Positions 27,586 to 36,790 of a DNA stretch of 64,000 nt are shown here, piece after piece. The stretch comes from an uncultured delta proteobacterium (GTDB taxonomy: Bacteria; Desulfobacterota; Desulfobacteria; Desulfobacterales; JAFDCJ01): positions 352,001 to 416,000 of the forward strand of contig CAVYNY010000020.1 of the NCBI GenBank assembly GCA_963769935.1, read 5' to 3'. The first letter of the stretch is position 1, and each line of letters starts with the position of its first letter. The translations under genes and the position numbers were made by a program. The notes under the pieces were generated by a model. That model made no database searches. It was not told the origin of the DNA and saw nothing but the letters and a program-made list of their open reading frames with translations.

Positions 27586-28587
27586 TTATGCTATCACCTT
27601 ATAACAAGGTGTATCCGCCGGAGCTGCCAGCAGCGCTTTTAATTCCGCATCCAGTTTCATCAGGGTCACCGAAAAGCCCGCCATTTCAAGGCCCGTGAAG
27701 AATTCTCCGACAAAGGCATGCCCGATTTTAATTTTTTTTGCATCCAGCAGTTGTTTTACTTTGCGGTAGCAGATGTATAATTCCAGCTGAGGAGTGCCGC
27801 CCAGTCCGTTAATCAATACGGCGACCTCATCACCGGATCGATACGGAAGATCCTCAATCACCTCGAGGGTCATTTTTTCGGTGATTTCGTCGGCGCTCAT
27901 CATCTTGATTTTGGCAGTGCCGGCCTCACCATGGTGCCCGACCGCATACTCCATCTCATCTTCGGCCAGGGTGAAAGTCGGTGATCCCTTGGCCGGCACG
28001 GTGCAGGGAGAAATTGCGACCCCCAAGGTCCGGGTGTTGTTGTTGACCTTTTCCACGGCGGATTTGCATTCCTGCAAAGTGCCGCCGGCGGCCGCTTTGG
28101 CGCCGGCCACTTTCCAGGCCAGAAAGGATCCCACGACGCCGCGGCGTTTGTGCGCCTCGTCTTTGGGACCGGAGCCCACATCGTCGGTGCCGATAACCTG
28201 CTCAATTTCGATGCCTTCGGCCCGGGCCATGTCGGCGGCCAGTTGAAAATTCATCACGTCACCGGCATAATTACCCAAAAGAAACAGGACGCCCTTGCCG
28301 GCATGCACGGCCTTGGCGGCCTCTAAGCAGGCCAGCGGCGGCGGAGATGTAAATATCTCACCGACGGCCACCGCATCGAGCATGCCCCGGCCGACAAAGC
28401 CGATAAAGGCCGGTTTATGACCGGAGCCGCCGCCGGTAACGATGCCCACCTTGTCCGCCACGGGCGCATCGGTCCGGACAACGGTTCTGGCCGCGTCCAG
28501 TTTGCGGACATATTTTTTATGGACCGCCAGAAACCCTTCCAGCATTTCATCCACTACATCATAGGGATCATTGATGAATTTTTTCAT
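27586..28587 (-). CDS. dhaK: Dihydroxyacetone-kinase family subunit K (Dak1)
   Basis: MKKFINDP, GGGSGHKPAFIGFVGRGMLD, GEIFTSP, NYAGDVMNF, GHHGEAG, NGLGGTPQLEL. Confidence 0.93.
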   Translation of the reverse strand: MKKFINDPYDVVDEMLEGFLAVHKKYVRKLDAARTVVRTDAPVADKVGIVTGGGSGHKPAFIGFVGRGMLDAVAVGEIFTSPPPLACLEAAKAVHAGKGVLFLLGNYAGDVMNFQLAADMARAEGIEIEQVIGTDDVGSGPKDEAHKRRGVVGSFLAWKVAGAKAAAGGTLQECKSAVEKVNNNTRTLGVAISPCTVPAKGSPTFTLAEDEMEYAVGHHGEAGTAKIKMMSADEITEKMTLEVIEDLPYRSGDEVAVLINGLGGTPQLELYICYRKVKQLLDAKKIKIGHAFVGEFFTGLEMAGFSVTLMKLDAELKALLAAPADTPCYKVIA

Positions 28588-28610
28588 GGCACCTCCGTCA
28601 TATAGTAACG

Positions 28611-28710
28611 ATTGAATATTGTCGATTGAATATTGAATATTAAAGGAATTCTTTCCAATTTAAAAAGAGACGGAGCTGAGCGACATCCATAAATCTTCAA
28701 TTTTCAATTC
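28611..28710. repeat. Inverted heptamer element, ATTGAAT family
   Basis: ATTGAAT ATTGTCG ATTGAAT ATTGAAT ... GGAGCTGAGCGACATCCAT AAATCTT CAATTTT CAAT; same architecture and internal motif as 44227-44349. Confidence 0.8.
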
Positions 28711-28763
28711 AGGCTCGTCCGGTTCAGCTTGATTGAGTTGACAAAATAAACTGAATTAACCAA

Positions 28764-29210
28764 TTACTTCTCATGGTCTTTGGCATACTCATAAATTCTT
28801 TGAATTTTGGGCTCGGACCGGCCGCCGGGCTCATACTTGGCCTTCATCCAGGTGGTGACCAGGCTTTTGGCCAATTCCACACCCGTGACCTGCTCGCCCA
28901 GGGTCATGATGTTGGCATTATTGCTCTTTATCGAACGTTCGGTGGAATATGGATCCGAACACAGGGCGGCATAAGCGCCGGGCACCTTGTTGGCGCTTAT
29001 ACACATACCGATGCCGGTGCCGCACATCAATATGCCGCGGTCATGCCTGCCAGACGCCACCGCTTCAGCTACATCTATGGCCACGTTGGCGTAAATCGGA
29101 TCCTCACTGCCATAGTCTTCACATTCATATCCCAATGCGGCCAGATGCTTGATGATGGCATTTTTGAGTCCGGCGGCATTGGGATCACAACCGATTGCAA
29201 TTTTTTTCAT
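28764..29210 (-). CDS. RpiB/LacAB family sugar-phosphate isomerase (possibly DerI-type)
   Basis: IAIGCD, GILMCGTGIGMCISANKVPGAYAA, SNNANIMTLG. Confidence 0.9.
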   Translation of the reverse strand: MKKIAIGCDPNAAGLKNAIIKHLAALGYECEDYGSEDPIYANVAIDVAEAVASGRHDRGILMCGTGIGMCISANKVPGAYAALCSDPYSTERSIKSNNANIMTLGEQVTGVELAKSLVTTWMKAKYEPGGRSEPKIQRIYEYAKDHEK

Positions 29211-29313
29211 ACCTTCTTCTCCTGATTAATCGGCCCTGAAAATTAGTATATCCAGGGGCATAGATTGTTCTTTAAAACCGGAATAGAGAAATTAATTCAA
29301 TTTAAGTTCAAGT

Positions 29314-30159
29314 TCAGATGGCCAGGGCCGTCCTGACGAATTCTACTGATCCTTGCATTACCTGCCGGATCTCCTTTAAGTCGACCGGCAGTGGCGCCCG
29401 GCGGGGAGAGCCATCCGGTGCCCGCCTGATCCTCAAAGGGATTTCAAGCGATATGGGTGCGGGTCCCGGCCGGCCGGCCAGCTCTTTTAAGATCTTGCGG
29501 TAATCGATGCTTCCCTTGCCGATCTGGGTAAAATACCACCCTGTTTCATCGGAGGCAACATCTTTGATATGATAATGTGCCGTACAGTCTGCCGCAAACT
29601 TATAGTCGGCTTCCGGCCGGATTTTCCCGCGACAATGGGACAGTAGATTGCCGAAGTCGTAGTTTATTTTGACGGAATCCAGGCCGATTGCTTCAATGGT
29701 ATGTGCCGCCGGTTCACCGGAGTCGATAACATTGGCCTTCCCGTCGCCCGGATTTTCCAGGACGATAGCCATCTTCATTACTTCGGCCGTGTGCCCCAAT
29801 TCTTTTATATTTTCCATGAATTGCCGTCTGTTTTGAAGCGGGGCGGCATTAGACACAATGTATCGCGAACCGATTCTGCGGGCAAATGCCATGCGGTTTT
29901 TGAAAATGTCGACAATTCCTGCCTTTGACAGGTCTACATGCGATGAAAAGGTCAGGCACTTCAGGTCGTGCTCGGCCAGAAGGCTCAAAATCCGCTCAGC
30001 CCTTTCGGCGTTGAAATCGTCTTCGGTAAAGGGGTCCGTGTAGCCTTCGATAAACGCAATTTCAACCAGGTCCACACCGACCGCGGATATTTCTTTGAAA
30101 GCAGTCGCAAGATCGTACCCGTCGTACGCGGCAGTGCTGATTAGAAGCGGATTGTTCAT
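29314..30159 (-). CDS. Xylose-isomerase-like TIM barrel sugar isomerase/epimerase
   Basis: LEN, INYDFGN, HYHIKD, IGKGSIDY, SLE metal-binding pattern. Confidence 0.85.
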   Translation of the reverse strand: MNNPLLISTAAYDGYDLATAFKEISAVGVDLVEIAFIEGYTDPFTEDDFNAERAERILSLLAEHDLKCLTFSSHVDLSKAGIVDIFKNRMAFARRIGSRYIVSNAAPLQNRRQFMENIKELGHTAEVMKMAIVLENPGDGKANVIDSGEPAAHTIEAIGLDSVKINYDFGNLLSHCRGKIRPEADYKFAADCTAHYHIKDVASDETGWYFTQIGKGSIDYRKILKELAGRPGPAPISLEIPLRIRRAPDGSPRRAPLPVDLKEIRQVMQGSVEFVRTALAI

Positions 30160-30163
30160 AATA

Positions 30164-30200
30164 AATTGAAGATGGAAAATTGAAGATTGAATATTTGTGG
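30164..30200. repeat. Single arm of the ATTGAAG/ATTGAAT heptamer family
   Basis: ATTGAAG ATGGAAA ATTGAAG ATTGAAT ATT. Confidence 0.6.
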
Positions 30201-30312
30201 TATTCTATCGATTTAATTTCGCTATCAAATCCAAAGAAGCAACAATTTTTATGCCTTCGTGTATTCGTGGCTGAAATTTTACATTGCCGGCTTCTCCAAG
30301 GGCCTGTGTTCT

Positions 30313-31278
30313 TTACTTAAGGGAAAATAGATTGTCTTCAATAAATTGCCAGGTCTTCAGATAGTCATCGCCGGCAATCCGGCGTTCTAATTCGGCGGTA
30401 TCGATTTTACCCAGGAGGTTCCAGATGCGGTTGGAGATTCTGCTGTTGGCCTCAAAGGTCCCGATGATATCCCAGCGGGTGGGAGATGTATCCGAAGTCA
30501 GGTAATCGCTGTAGCCGTATTTTTTAAGATAGTAGAGAAATTCAATATATTCCAGAAAATGCTTGGTGCCGCAGAAATAGTCCCAATCCCAGCGGCCGTC
30601 GTTGTCGTTGATATGGATGTAGGCCCGGTATGGACTTTCAGCCAGCAGCACAAATGCTTCGGCCGGATTTTCGTTGCCGTACATGGAATGTCCGAAGTCA
30701 AGGGTCACCCCCATGTCCTGATTCCGGATGTCGTTGAGCAAACACAGGGTCTTGGCGGCCGTGTCGACAAAACAGCGTCCGCGGGTCTCGCTGGGTTTGT
30801 ACTCGATAAACAGCGGGACTTCGGGTCTGTGAGAACCGGCTTCGGCAAAGGCCTCAACCAGGTATTTCCAGGTCCGTGCATAATCATACTGAAAGGAAAA
30901 CTCGTAACCGTCACCCAGCGGGCAGCAGGTCACCTTATCAGCGCCGACCTGGGCCGCAAAATCCTTGGCCTCCTTGATGAAGCGCACGGCTTTGCTGCGG
31001 ATATCCTTGTTATGAGACGTTAATCCGCCGTTGCGAAATTCGGGTTCGGCCTTCACATTAACGTTGACGGCGGCGATATTTAAGTCATATTTTTCCAGAA
31101 GCGCCCTGGTTTCCTGCGGATCGCTGACTTCATATGGATAGACGATTTCAACCCCGTCATAGCCTTCGATTTCGGTCATCAGTTCGAACTTTTGTTCCAG
31201 ATCCAGCGGTTTGTTATATTCGTGGAACCGATCCTTGGTTTTGGATAAAAAACCTGTGATGATAGCCATCTTCAACAT
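30313..31278 (-). CDS. Xylose-isomerase-like TIM barrel sugar isomerase
   Basis: DGYEFSFQ, IEYKPSETR, GVTLDFGH, YIHINDNDGRWDWD metal-binding pattern. Confidence 0.85.
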   Translation of the reverse strand: MLKMAIITGFLSKTKDRFHEYNKPLDLEQKFELMTEIEGYDGVEIVYPYEVSDPQETRALLEKYDLNIAAVNVNVKAEPEFRNGGLTSHNKDIRSKAVRFIKEAKDFAAQVGADKVTCCPLGDGYEFSFQYDYARTWKYLVEAFAEAGSHRPEVPLFIEYKPSETRGRCFVDTAAKTLCLLNDIRNQDMGVTLDFGHSMYGNENPAEAFVLLAESPYRAYIHINDNDGRWDWDYFCGTKHFLEYIEFLYYLKKYGYSDYLTSDTSPTRWDIIGTFEANSRISNRIWNLLGKIDTAELERRIAGDDYLKTWQFIEDNLFSLK

Positions 31279-31400
31279 AGTATCCTCCTCACCCGAACAA
31301 GCCGGAATTTTCCGGGCTTACGGCTGCACGGTTTAAAAATGAAATACCTCAAGCTGGAATCCCCGGCAACCCATTTATTTAATTATTTGTGGACGCAACA

Positions 31401-32954
31401 CTATTTTTCCCGTACCGTAGCAGATTTGCGAGATCTTCGCGGTAAAACCCAGTCAAGCAACCGGTCTTTTAAGTTTTTGAAAAACGGAACCTGACTAACC
31501 AGCGTCCATACGATGATCAGAAAAAGAATCAGCGACACAGGGCGGGTGAAGATCGGCAAAAAACTTCCCTGGGATACCATCAAGGCCCGCCGCAGGTTTT
31601 CATCCGCCATGGGCCCCAGAATAACACCGATTACCAGCGGTGCGATGGGATACCCCATCTCGATCAAAAAATAGCTGACAATCCCCACCGGCAGCATCAG
31701 ATATAAATTGAAAACGTTAATTCCCAGGGCATATGAGCCGATCATACACAACACCCCGATAATCGGCATAAAAATCTCGGTCGGAATCCGCAGGACCTTG
31801 ACCACCTGCCTGGCCAGCAGCATACCCACCACCCACATCGCCACGGAGGCCAGCAGCAGGATTGCGGCTACTTCAATAATAAAATTAGGGTGCTCAAAGG
31901 AGATCATCGGCCCCGGCGTTACGCCGTGCAGCATCAGCGCTCCCAGGAGCATCGCGGCCGGCGGACTTCCCGGGATGCCCAAATTAAGCAGCGGAATCAT
32001 GGCGCCGCCGACACAGGCATTATTCGCTACTTCGGCTGAAAGAACCCCCGTAATTTCGCCTTTGCCGAATCTTTCCGGGTGCTTGGAGGTATTCTTGGCG
32101 GCGCCGTAGGACACCCAGGCGGCGATGTCTTCACCGATACCCGGAACCGCGCCGATGCCGACGCCGATCAGGGCGGAACGGATAATCTTGGGGATGTTGC
32201 GGACAATCGTTCCGAATTCCGGTAAAATGCGCTGGAATTTTTGAGTTTCACCGATGATGAAACGGTCTTTGAGAACCTGAATTATCTGAGGGATGCCGAA
32301 GGCGCCGATCAGCACCGGCACCACTTCAATACCGCTGTCAAGATCGGAAAGTCCAAAGGTAAAGCGTGGGAAGAACTGCAGCCGGTCGCGCCCGACACAG
32401 GCCAGAAAAAGTCCCAGAAATCCTGATATCCAACCCTTGATGACCAGATCCGGACTGGTCAATGTGCCGCTGATGAGAATCCCGAAAAAGGCCAGGAGAA
32501 AAAACTCAAAGGATGTAAATTGAAGGGCAAAAAAGGAAATAATTGGTGAAACGCTCACCACAAAGAGCATGCTGATCAGGGTCCCGATGGCCGACGAAGT
32601 GGTTGTCAGACCGATGGCGCGGCCGCCTTCGCCTTTGAGCGCCAGCGGATAACCGTCCAGGGCGGTGGCCGCGGAAGCCGCGGTGCCGGGGATATTGATG
32701 AGGATGGAGGCATAGGAGCCGCCGTAAGTGCCGCCGACATAGATGGACAACAGGCACAACATGGCTGTTTCCGCGTCCATGCCGTAGGTCAAAGCCGTTA
32801 ACAGGGCTACGCCAAGGGTTGAGGTCAGACCCGGCATGGCGCCGAATATAATCCCCAGCAGCACGGAGCCGAGCAGAATCGCGAGGTGAAGCGGATCCGC
32901 CGCAAGATGAAAGACGGTTTGAAAATAAAACCCCAGTCGTTCAATGAACACCAT
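31401..32954 (-). CDS. tctA: Tripartite tricarboxylate transporter large permease
   Basis: GAMPGL, YGGSYASILINIPGTAASAATALDGYP, EVANNA, LGIPGS, LGPMADENLRRAL. Confidence 0.95.
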   Translation of the reverse strand: MVFIERLGFYFQTVFHLAADPLHLAILLGSVLLGIIFGAMPGLTSTLGVALLTALTYGMDAETAMLCLLSIYVGGTYGGSYASILINIPGTAASAATALDGYPLALKGEGGRAIGLTTTSSAIGTLISMLFVVSVSPIISFFALQFTSFEFFLLAFFGILISGTLTSPDLVIKGWISGFLGLFLACVGRDRLQFFPRFTFGLSDLDSGIEVVPVLIGAFGIPQIIQVLKDRFIIGETQKFQRILPEFGTIVRNIPKIIRSALIGVGIGAVPGIGEDIAAWVSYGAAKNTSKHPERFGKGEITGVLSAEVANNACVGGAMIPLLNLGIPGSPPAAMLLGALMLHGVTPGPMISFEHPNFIIEVAAILLLASVAMWVVGMLLARQVVKVLRIPTEIFMPIIGVLCMIGSYALGINVFNLYLMLPVGIVSYFLIEMGYPIAPLVIGVILGPMADENLRRALMVSQGSFLPIFTRPVSLILFLIIVWTLVSQVPFFKNLKDRLLDWVLPRRSRKSATVREK

Positions 32955-32967
32955 AGACTTTTTCCCC

Positions 32968-33732
32968 TTAGAATTCGAAGTACCGGAAATAATCCAGAAC
33001 GGTCACAATCAGACCTTCCGTCGGCATCGGTACCAACAGAAAATACTTAAAGATCGGGCCGATGATGAAAGGCGCCGCGACGGCTACGATTAAACTGGTC
33101 CGAAACTTTTTGCGCAGCGGCGGGCGGGAACGGATCAAAGTCCAGGCATAGATGCAGTAAGCAAGGATAAAGCAGATGGCTAAGATGTCACCGGCAAAAG
33201 GCACAATCCGGCCCAGCGCCCCATCGAGCCCGGATGCAAAATAGACGATCAGCGCGCCGACCCCGGCCAGGTAGAAAAAAAACAGTTTTTTCAACAGCTG
33301 ATCGTCATCAAAGTAAAACATGGTGATAAAGACCATTAGAAAAAGAATCGCACTGAGGAAGAAGTCAATCCGCGGGATGGTGAGGTAGACCAGTGACAGA
33401 AATAAAACGGCGATGGCATAAAACCGGATAATCGAGTCGCTGATTAAGAACTGCAAGAGATCCCTGCTCCCAAACCAGCGGACGGTTTCAATAAATGCTT
33501 TTTTGCCCGCTATTTTCAATGCGGTCCTAGTGAGCAGCGCCCCCAGCAGCATTATGACGCCGCCGACAAACAGCGGGAAAAGAGCCGGTGAAACGTACCA
33601 GACGTTCTGAACTCCCCCCCAGCTGTCCTTCATGGGCATTTCAGATGACATTAGAACAATAAAAAGACCGAACAGAAATATAACCAGGCCCGAATAAATA
33701 TCCGCCTTGCGCAGTTTATCTTTCTCCAGCAT
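32968..33732 (-). CDS. TctB-like membrane subunit (unusually long, 254 aa)
   Basis: Position between tctC and tctA; SPALFP motif, C-terminal IFKYFLLVPMP; about 7 hydrophobic segments. Confidence 0.75.
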   Translation of the reverse strand: MLEKDKLRKADIYSGLVIFLFGLFIVLMSSEMPMKDSWGGVQNVWYVSPALFPLFVGGVIMLLGALLTRTALKIAGKKAFIETVRWFGSRDLLQFLISDSIIRFYAIAVLFLSLVYLTIPRIDFFLSAILFLMVFITMFYFDDDQLLKKLFFFYLAGVGALIVYFASGLDGALGRIVPFAGDILAICFILAYCIYAWTLIRSRPPLRKKFRTSLIVAVAAPFIIGPIFKYFLLVPMPTEGLIVTVLDYFRYFEF

Positions 33733-33800
33733 GATCGTCGCACCCTGTTGAACGTTTTTGGTTATCAAACGAATAACTAATGTCTGACATAACGATGCCG

Positions 33801-33832
33801 GAAAGCCGGGTACCGGTTCGTACCCGGCTTTC
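33801..33832 (-). terminator. Perfect 13-bp hairpin downstream of tctC
   Basis: GAAAGCCGGGTAC-CGGTTC-GTACCCGGCTTTC; no strong U tract, so possibly an mRNA stabiliser. Confidence 0.55.
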
Positions 33833-33847
33833 TTCCGATGGTTCAAT

Positions 33848-34855
33848 TTACGGTTTGGGAATACCCAGTGAAGCCGGATCTACTTTGGCGGCCTTGAGTT
33901 CCCACAGGGTCCAGGCAAACAGCGATTCCAGGTTGTTAAATATTTTCTTGGCCTCTTCACCGGTGGCACCGGAGATCAGGTAATAATTTTCTTTGGCCCA
34001 ATTTTTCATCTTGTCGGTTGCCATGGCCTTTTTGAAGGCATCGACCAGGACTGCCTTGACGTCGGCCGGTGTGTCGGCGGGCACGGCCATGCCGATGGCC
34101 TGCGAAATCGGCAGATACTTTGCCAGGCCGGGATAAGCGTCGAAGGCGGAAGGTATTGAACCCAATCCTTCAACCGCAAATGAATCCGGAATCAGCATGG
34201 CCAAAGGGCGCAGTTTGCCGCCGCGCAGCAATTGCTGCTGTTCCGCCAGGGAGGTAACCACCAGGGATACTTCGCCGGCCATGGCCGCATTCTGGCTGGG
34301 TGCCGAACCGGTGTAAGGAATATAATTAAACTTTGCGCCCGATCCGTTTTCCAGGGCCAGCAGGTTCAGGTGGTGAATTGAACCGGCTGCACTGGCGCCC
34401 GCTTTGATGCTGTTCGGTGCCTTTTTGGCTGCTTCAATCAAATCCGTCAAGGTTTTGTAGGGTGTGTCGGGGGTGACTGAAATGATATCCGGTGAGCCGC
34501 CTACGATGAAATAATCCCAGACGTCCATTCTTTCATTCCATCCGCCCTGGACGCCGGCGGTAACGCAGGATTCAGATAAACCGCACAGCGTATATCCGTC
34601 GTGGGGTCTCTTATAGGCAAAACTCATCCCGACGGAACCGCCGACGCCGCCGGTCTTGTTAATCACGTTGATGTTTTTGCCCAGGAACTTGGCCATTTCG
34701 GCACTAGCGATCCGGTTGCAGGTGTCTGTTCCACCGCCTGCCGACCAGACGACCACGTTCGTGATGTCCCTTTTGGGGAAACCCTTGCTCGCGGCATATA
34801 CACCGGTTGCCGCAGCCAGAAGCGCAATCAAGCATATGACAAGAATCTTTTTCAT
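33848..34855 (-). CDS. tctC: Tripartite tricarboxylate transporter substrate-binding protein (TctC/Bug)
   Basis: Signal peptide; FPKRDI..VVWSAGGGTD, NKTGGVG, DGYTL, IPYTGS. Confidence 0.93.
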   Translation of the reverse strand: MKKILVICLIALLAAATGVYAASKGFPKRDITNVVVWSAGGGTDTCNRIASAEMAKFLGKNINVINKTGGVGGSVGMSFAYKRPHDGYTLCGLSESCVTAGVQGGWNERMDVWDYFIVGGSPDIISVTPDTPYKTLTDLIEAAKKAPNSIKAGASAAGSIHHLNLLALENGSGAKFNYIPYTGSAPSQNAAMAGEVSLVVTSLAEQQQLLRGGKLRPLAMLIPDSFAVEGLGSIPSAFDAYPGLAKYLPISQAIGMAVPADTPADVKAVLVDAFKKAMATDKMKNWAKENYYLISGATGEEAKKIFNNLESLFAWTLWELKAAKVDPASLGIPKP

Positions 34856-34949
34856 TGTGGAATCCTCCTCCTTTATAGATGTTTTAGTCATTTTTTCAGG
34901 ACCTTACGGTCCTCACCCGAATGGTGTGCCTGCCAAGTTTCTTTGCGAA

Positions 34950-35657
34950 CTAATTGGTTTTTGAATCGCATCCCTCCCCTCGTAAAGGCGTGCACCGCTG
35001 CCCGTTAATTTCACGTCTGATATGGGCGAGTGATTTTTTAAAATGCAGGCGCATCAACTCTTCGGCAGCCTCGGAATTCCGCCTGCTGATGGCCTTGATT
35101 ACCGCGAGATGTTCTGGAATCGTTTCATTGGGCGGTCTTATCAGACCCTCGGAATTCAGGATCTGATAGCTGAAGCTGATAATATTGGTTGTCTGTAAAA
35201 TGCTTTTTAAAAATTCCTTGGCACCGACATCGATTACGAAATTATGAAATTGCCGGTCTTCGCGGGCATAGGCTTTCACATCTGAAATATTTGTCTGCCC
35301 GGCAAACTGCTCGAAAAAAATGCTTAGTTTTTTGATCTGAGAATCCGTGATTTTGGCTGCCGCGCGCCGGGCTGCGAGCCCCTCCAGGACTTCACGCAGT
35401 TCGAAAATGGAGGCCATCTCTTCTTTGGAAAAGAGCCGCACAAAAAAACCGCGGCGGGGAATCGATTCAACCAGTTTCTCCTGTTCGAGAAACTTGAGGG
35501 CGCCGACCAGGGGGGTTCGGCTGATCCCCAATTCCCGGGCCAATTTTTCCTGAGGAATTTTCGCCCCGGGTAAAAGTTTGCGTTCAATAATCAAATTCTT
35601 GAGAATCGTGTAAGCCTTTTGGTCAAGATTCTCATGCTGCGCGCCTAAGTTAATCAT
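34950..35657 (-). CDS. GntR family transcriptional regulator (FCD domain)
   Basis: LARELGISRTPL..AL..LEQEKLV..PRRGFFV; FELREVLEG, FH, EH motifs. Confidence 0.92.
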   Translation of the reverse strand: MINLGAQHENLDQKAYTILKNLIIERKLLPGAKIPQEKLARELGISRTPLVGALKFLEQEKLVESIPRRGFFVRLFSKEEMASIFELREVLEGLAARRAAAKITDSQIKKLSIFFEQFAGQTNISDVKAYAREDRQFHNFVIDVGAKEFLKSILQTTNIISFSYQILNSEGLIRPPNETIPEHLAVIKAISRRNSEAAEELMRLHFKKSLAHIRREINGQRCTPLRGEGCDSKTN

Positions 35658-35739
35658 CCGATTGACTCTTCTGCTCACTTCGATTCGAGGGGTTATTTAA
35701 ATGAGTTGCAAAAAAAAGGGGTATGAAATTGAATATTGA

Positions 35740-35755
35740 ATTTTGTATGCAAAAT
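35740..35755. promoter_or_regulatory. Candidate GntR operator
   Basis: Near-palindrome ATTTTGTATGCAAAAT, just downstream of a minus-strand TTGACA (35779-35784), between the divergent genes. Confidence 0.5.
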
Positions 35756-35955
35756 CCAGTACTGTTTCAGCAGCGTCTTGTCAAGAAGAAATTTTAAGAA
35801 AAACTCCGGTTGAGATTCGGCCGTATTAGAGATAAGGTAGCAAATGGAGGGTACAAATGATATTTAACAAACAGGCAACAAAAATTAATAATGCCTAAGG
35901 ACTGTTAAAATAGGCATTTGATCTTTATTTTCATTATTATCGGAGGCAACGACAA

Positions 35956-36498
35956 GTGATCACCAGAAAACAGAAAATAGCAGCCCAAAAAAAAGCCGCT
36001 GAATTGATTCGGCAGGCAGGCATTACCCTATCGGCTGCGGAAGCCGACAGTATCGAAGTCGCGGACTTTGGATTGAGCAGTCTTGACAAGGAAGGCATTC
36101 AGGTGCTCACCCTGGTTCAAACGGAGCGAATCAGTGTCAAAGTGCTGGCGCTGTTTCCAAATCAAACCGAACCCGAGCACTGGCATCCTCCGGTGGGTGA
36201 CGATCCGGGCAAAGAAGAAACGATCCGGGTGATTGCAGGTACGGTTTATTTTTATGTGCCGGGAGAAGATACTTTTAAGGAGGGCTTTATCGTGGCCGAC
36301 AAGGCTGATTGCTATACCATGCGCAAAGAGATTGTCATGAAGCCCTGCGATCAATTGACCCTGGCCCCGGGAGAAAAACACTGGTTTCAGGCGCGGGCGG
36401 AGGGCGCCGTGATGTACAGCTTTTCCACAATTGCCCGGGATGCGCTGGATCAGTTTACCGACCCGGGTATTGAGAGGATTACGAAGGTTGTGGATTAG
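35956..36498 (+). CDS. D-lyxose/D-mannose ketol-isomerase (cupin)
   Basis: VADFGL, PNQTEPEHWHPP...PGKEETIR, PGEKHWFQA, FTDP. Confidence 0.9.
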   Translation: MITRKQKIAAQKKAAELIRQAGITLSAAEADSIEVADFGLSSLDKEGIQVLTLVQTERISVKVLALFPNQTEPEHWHPPVGDDPGKEETIRVIAGTVYFYVPGEDTFKEGFIVADKADCYTMRKEIVMKPCDQLTLAPGEKHWFQARAEGAVMYSFSTIARDALDQFTDPGIERITKVVD

Positions 36499-36710
36499 AT
36501 GACAGAGAACGGATGACAGAAGACAGAAGACAGAACAAAGGTTTCAGTTGTCAGCGAGAAAAAACCCATGGCGCCTGAGTGTAAAGAGGACCGAGCTCAG
36601 AGGACATAGGAAAGAAGGTGAGAGTTAGGGAAGGCGAGGAAGAAGTCCGCAATTCGAACGCGTATTACCATTCACCTTTAGCCTTTATCCTTTTGCCTAT
36701 CACCTCTCAA
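36499..36710. repeat. Compound heptamer repeat region
   Basis: GACAGAA tandem units (GATGACAGAAGACAGAAGACAGAAC), AGG-period units and a CCTTTAG CCTTTAT CCTTTTG CCTATCA arm. Confidence 0.65.
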
Positions 36711-36790
36711 CGATCCAAATTTATCCCGTTAAACCTTTTTGTTTTTGTTTAACTGGGACGATCCTAACCAACTTAAGAAGGCAGAAAAAT

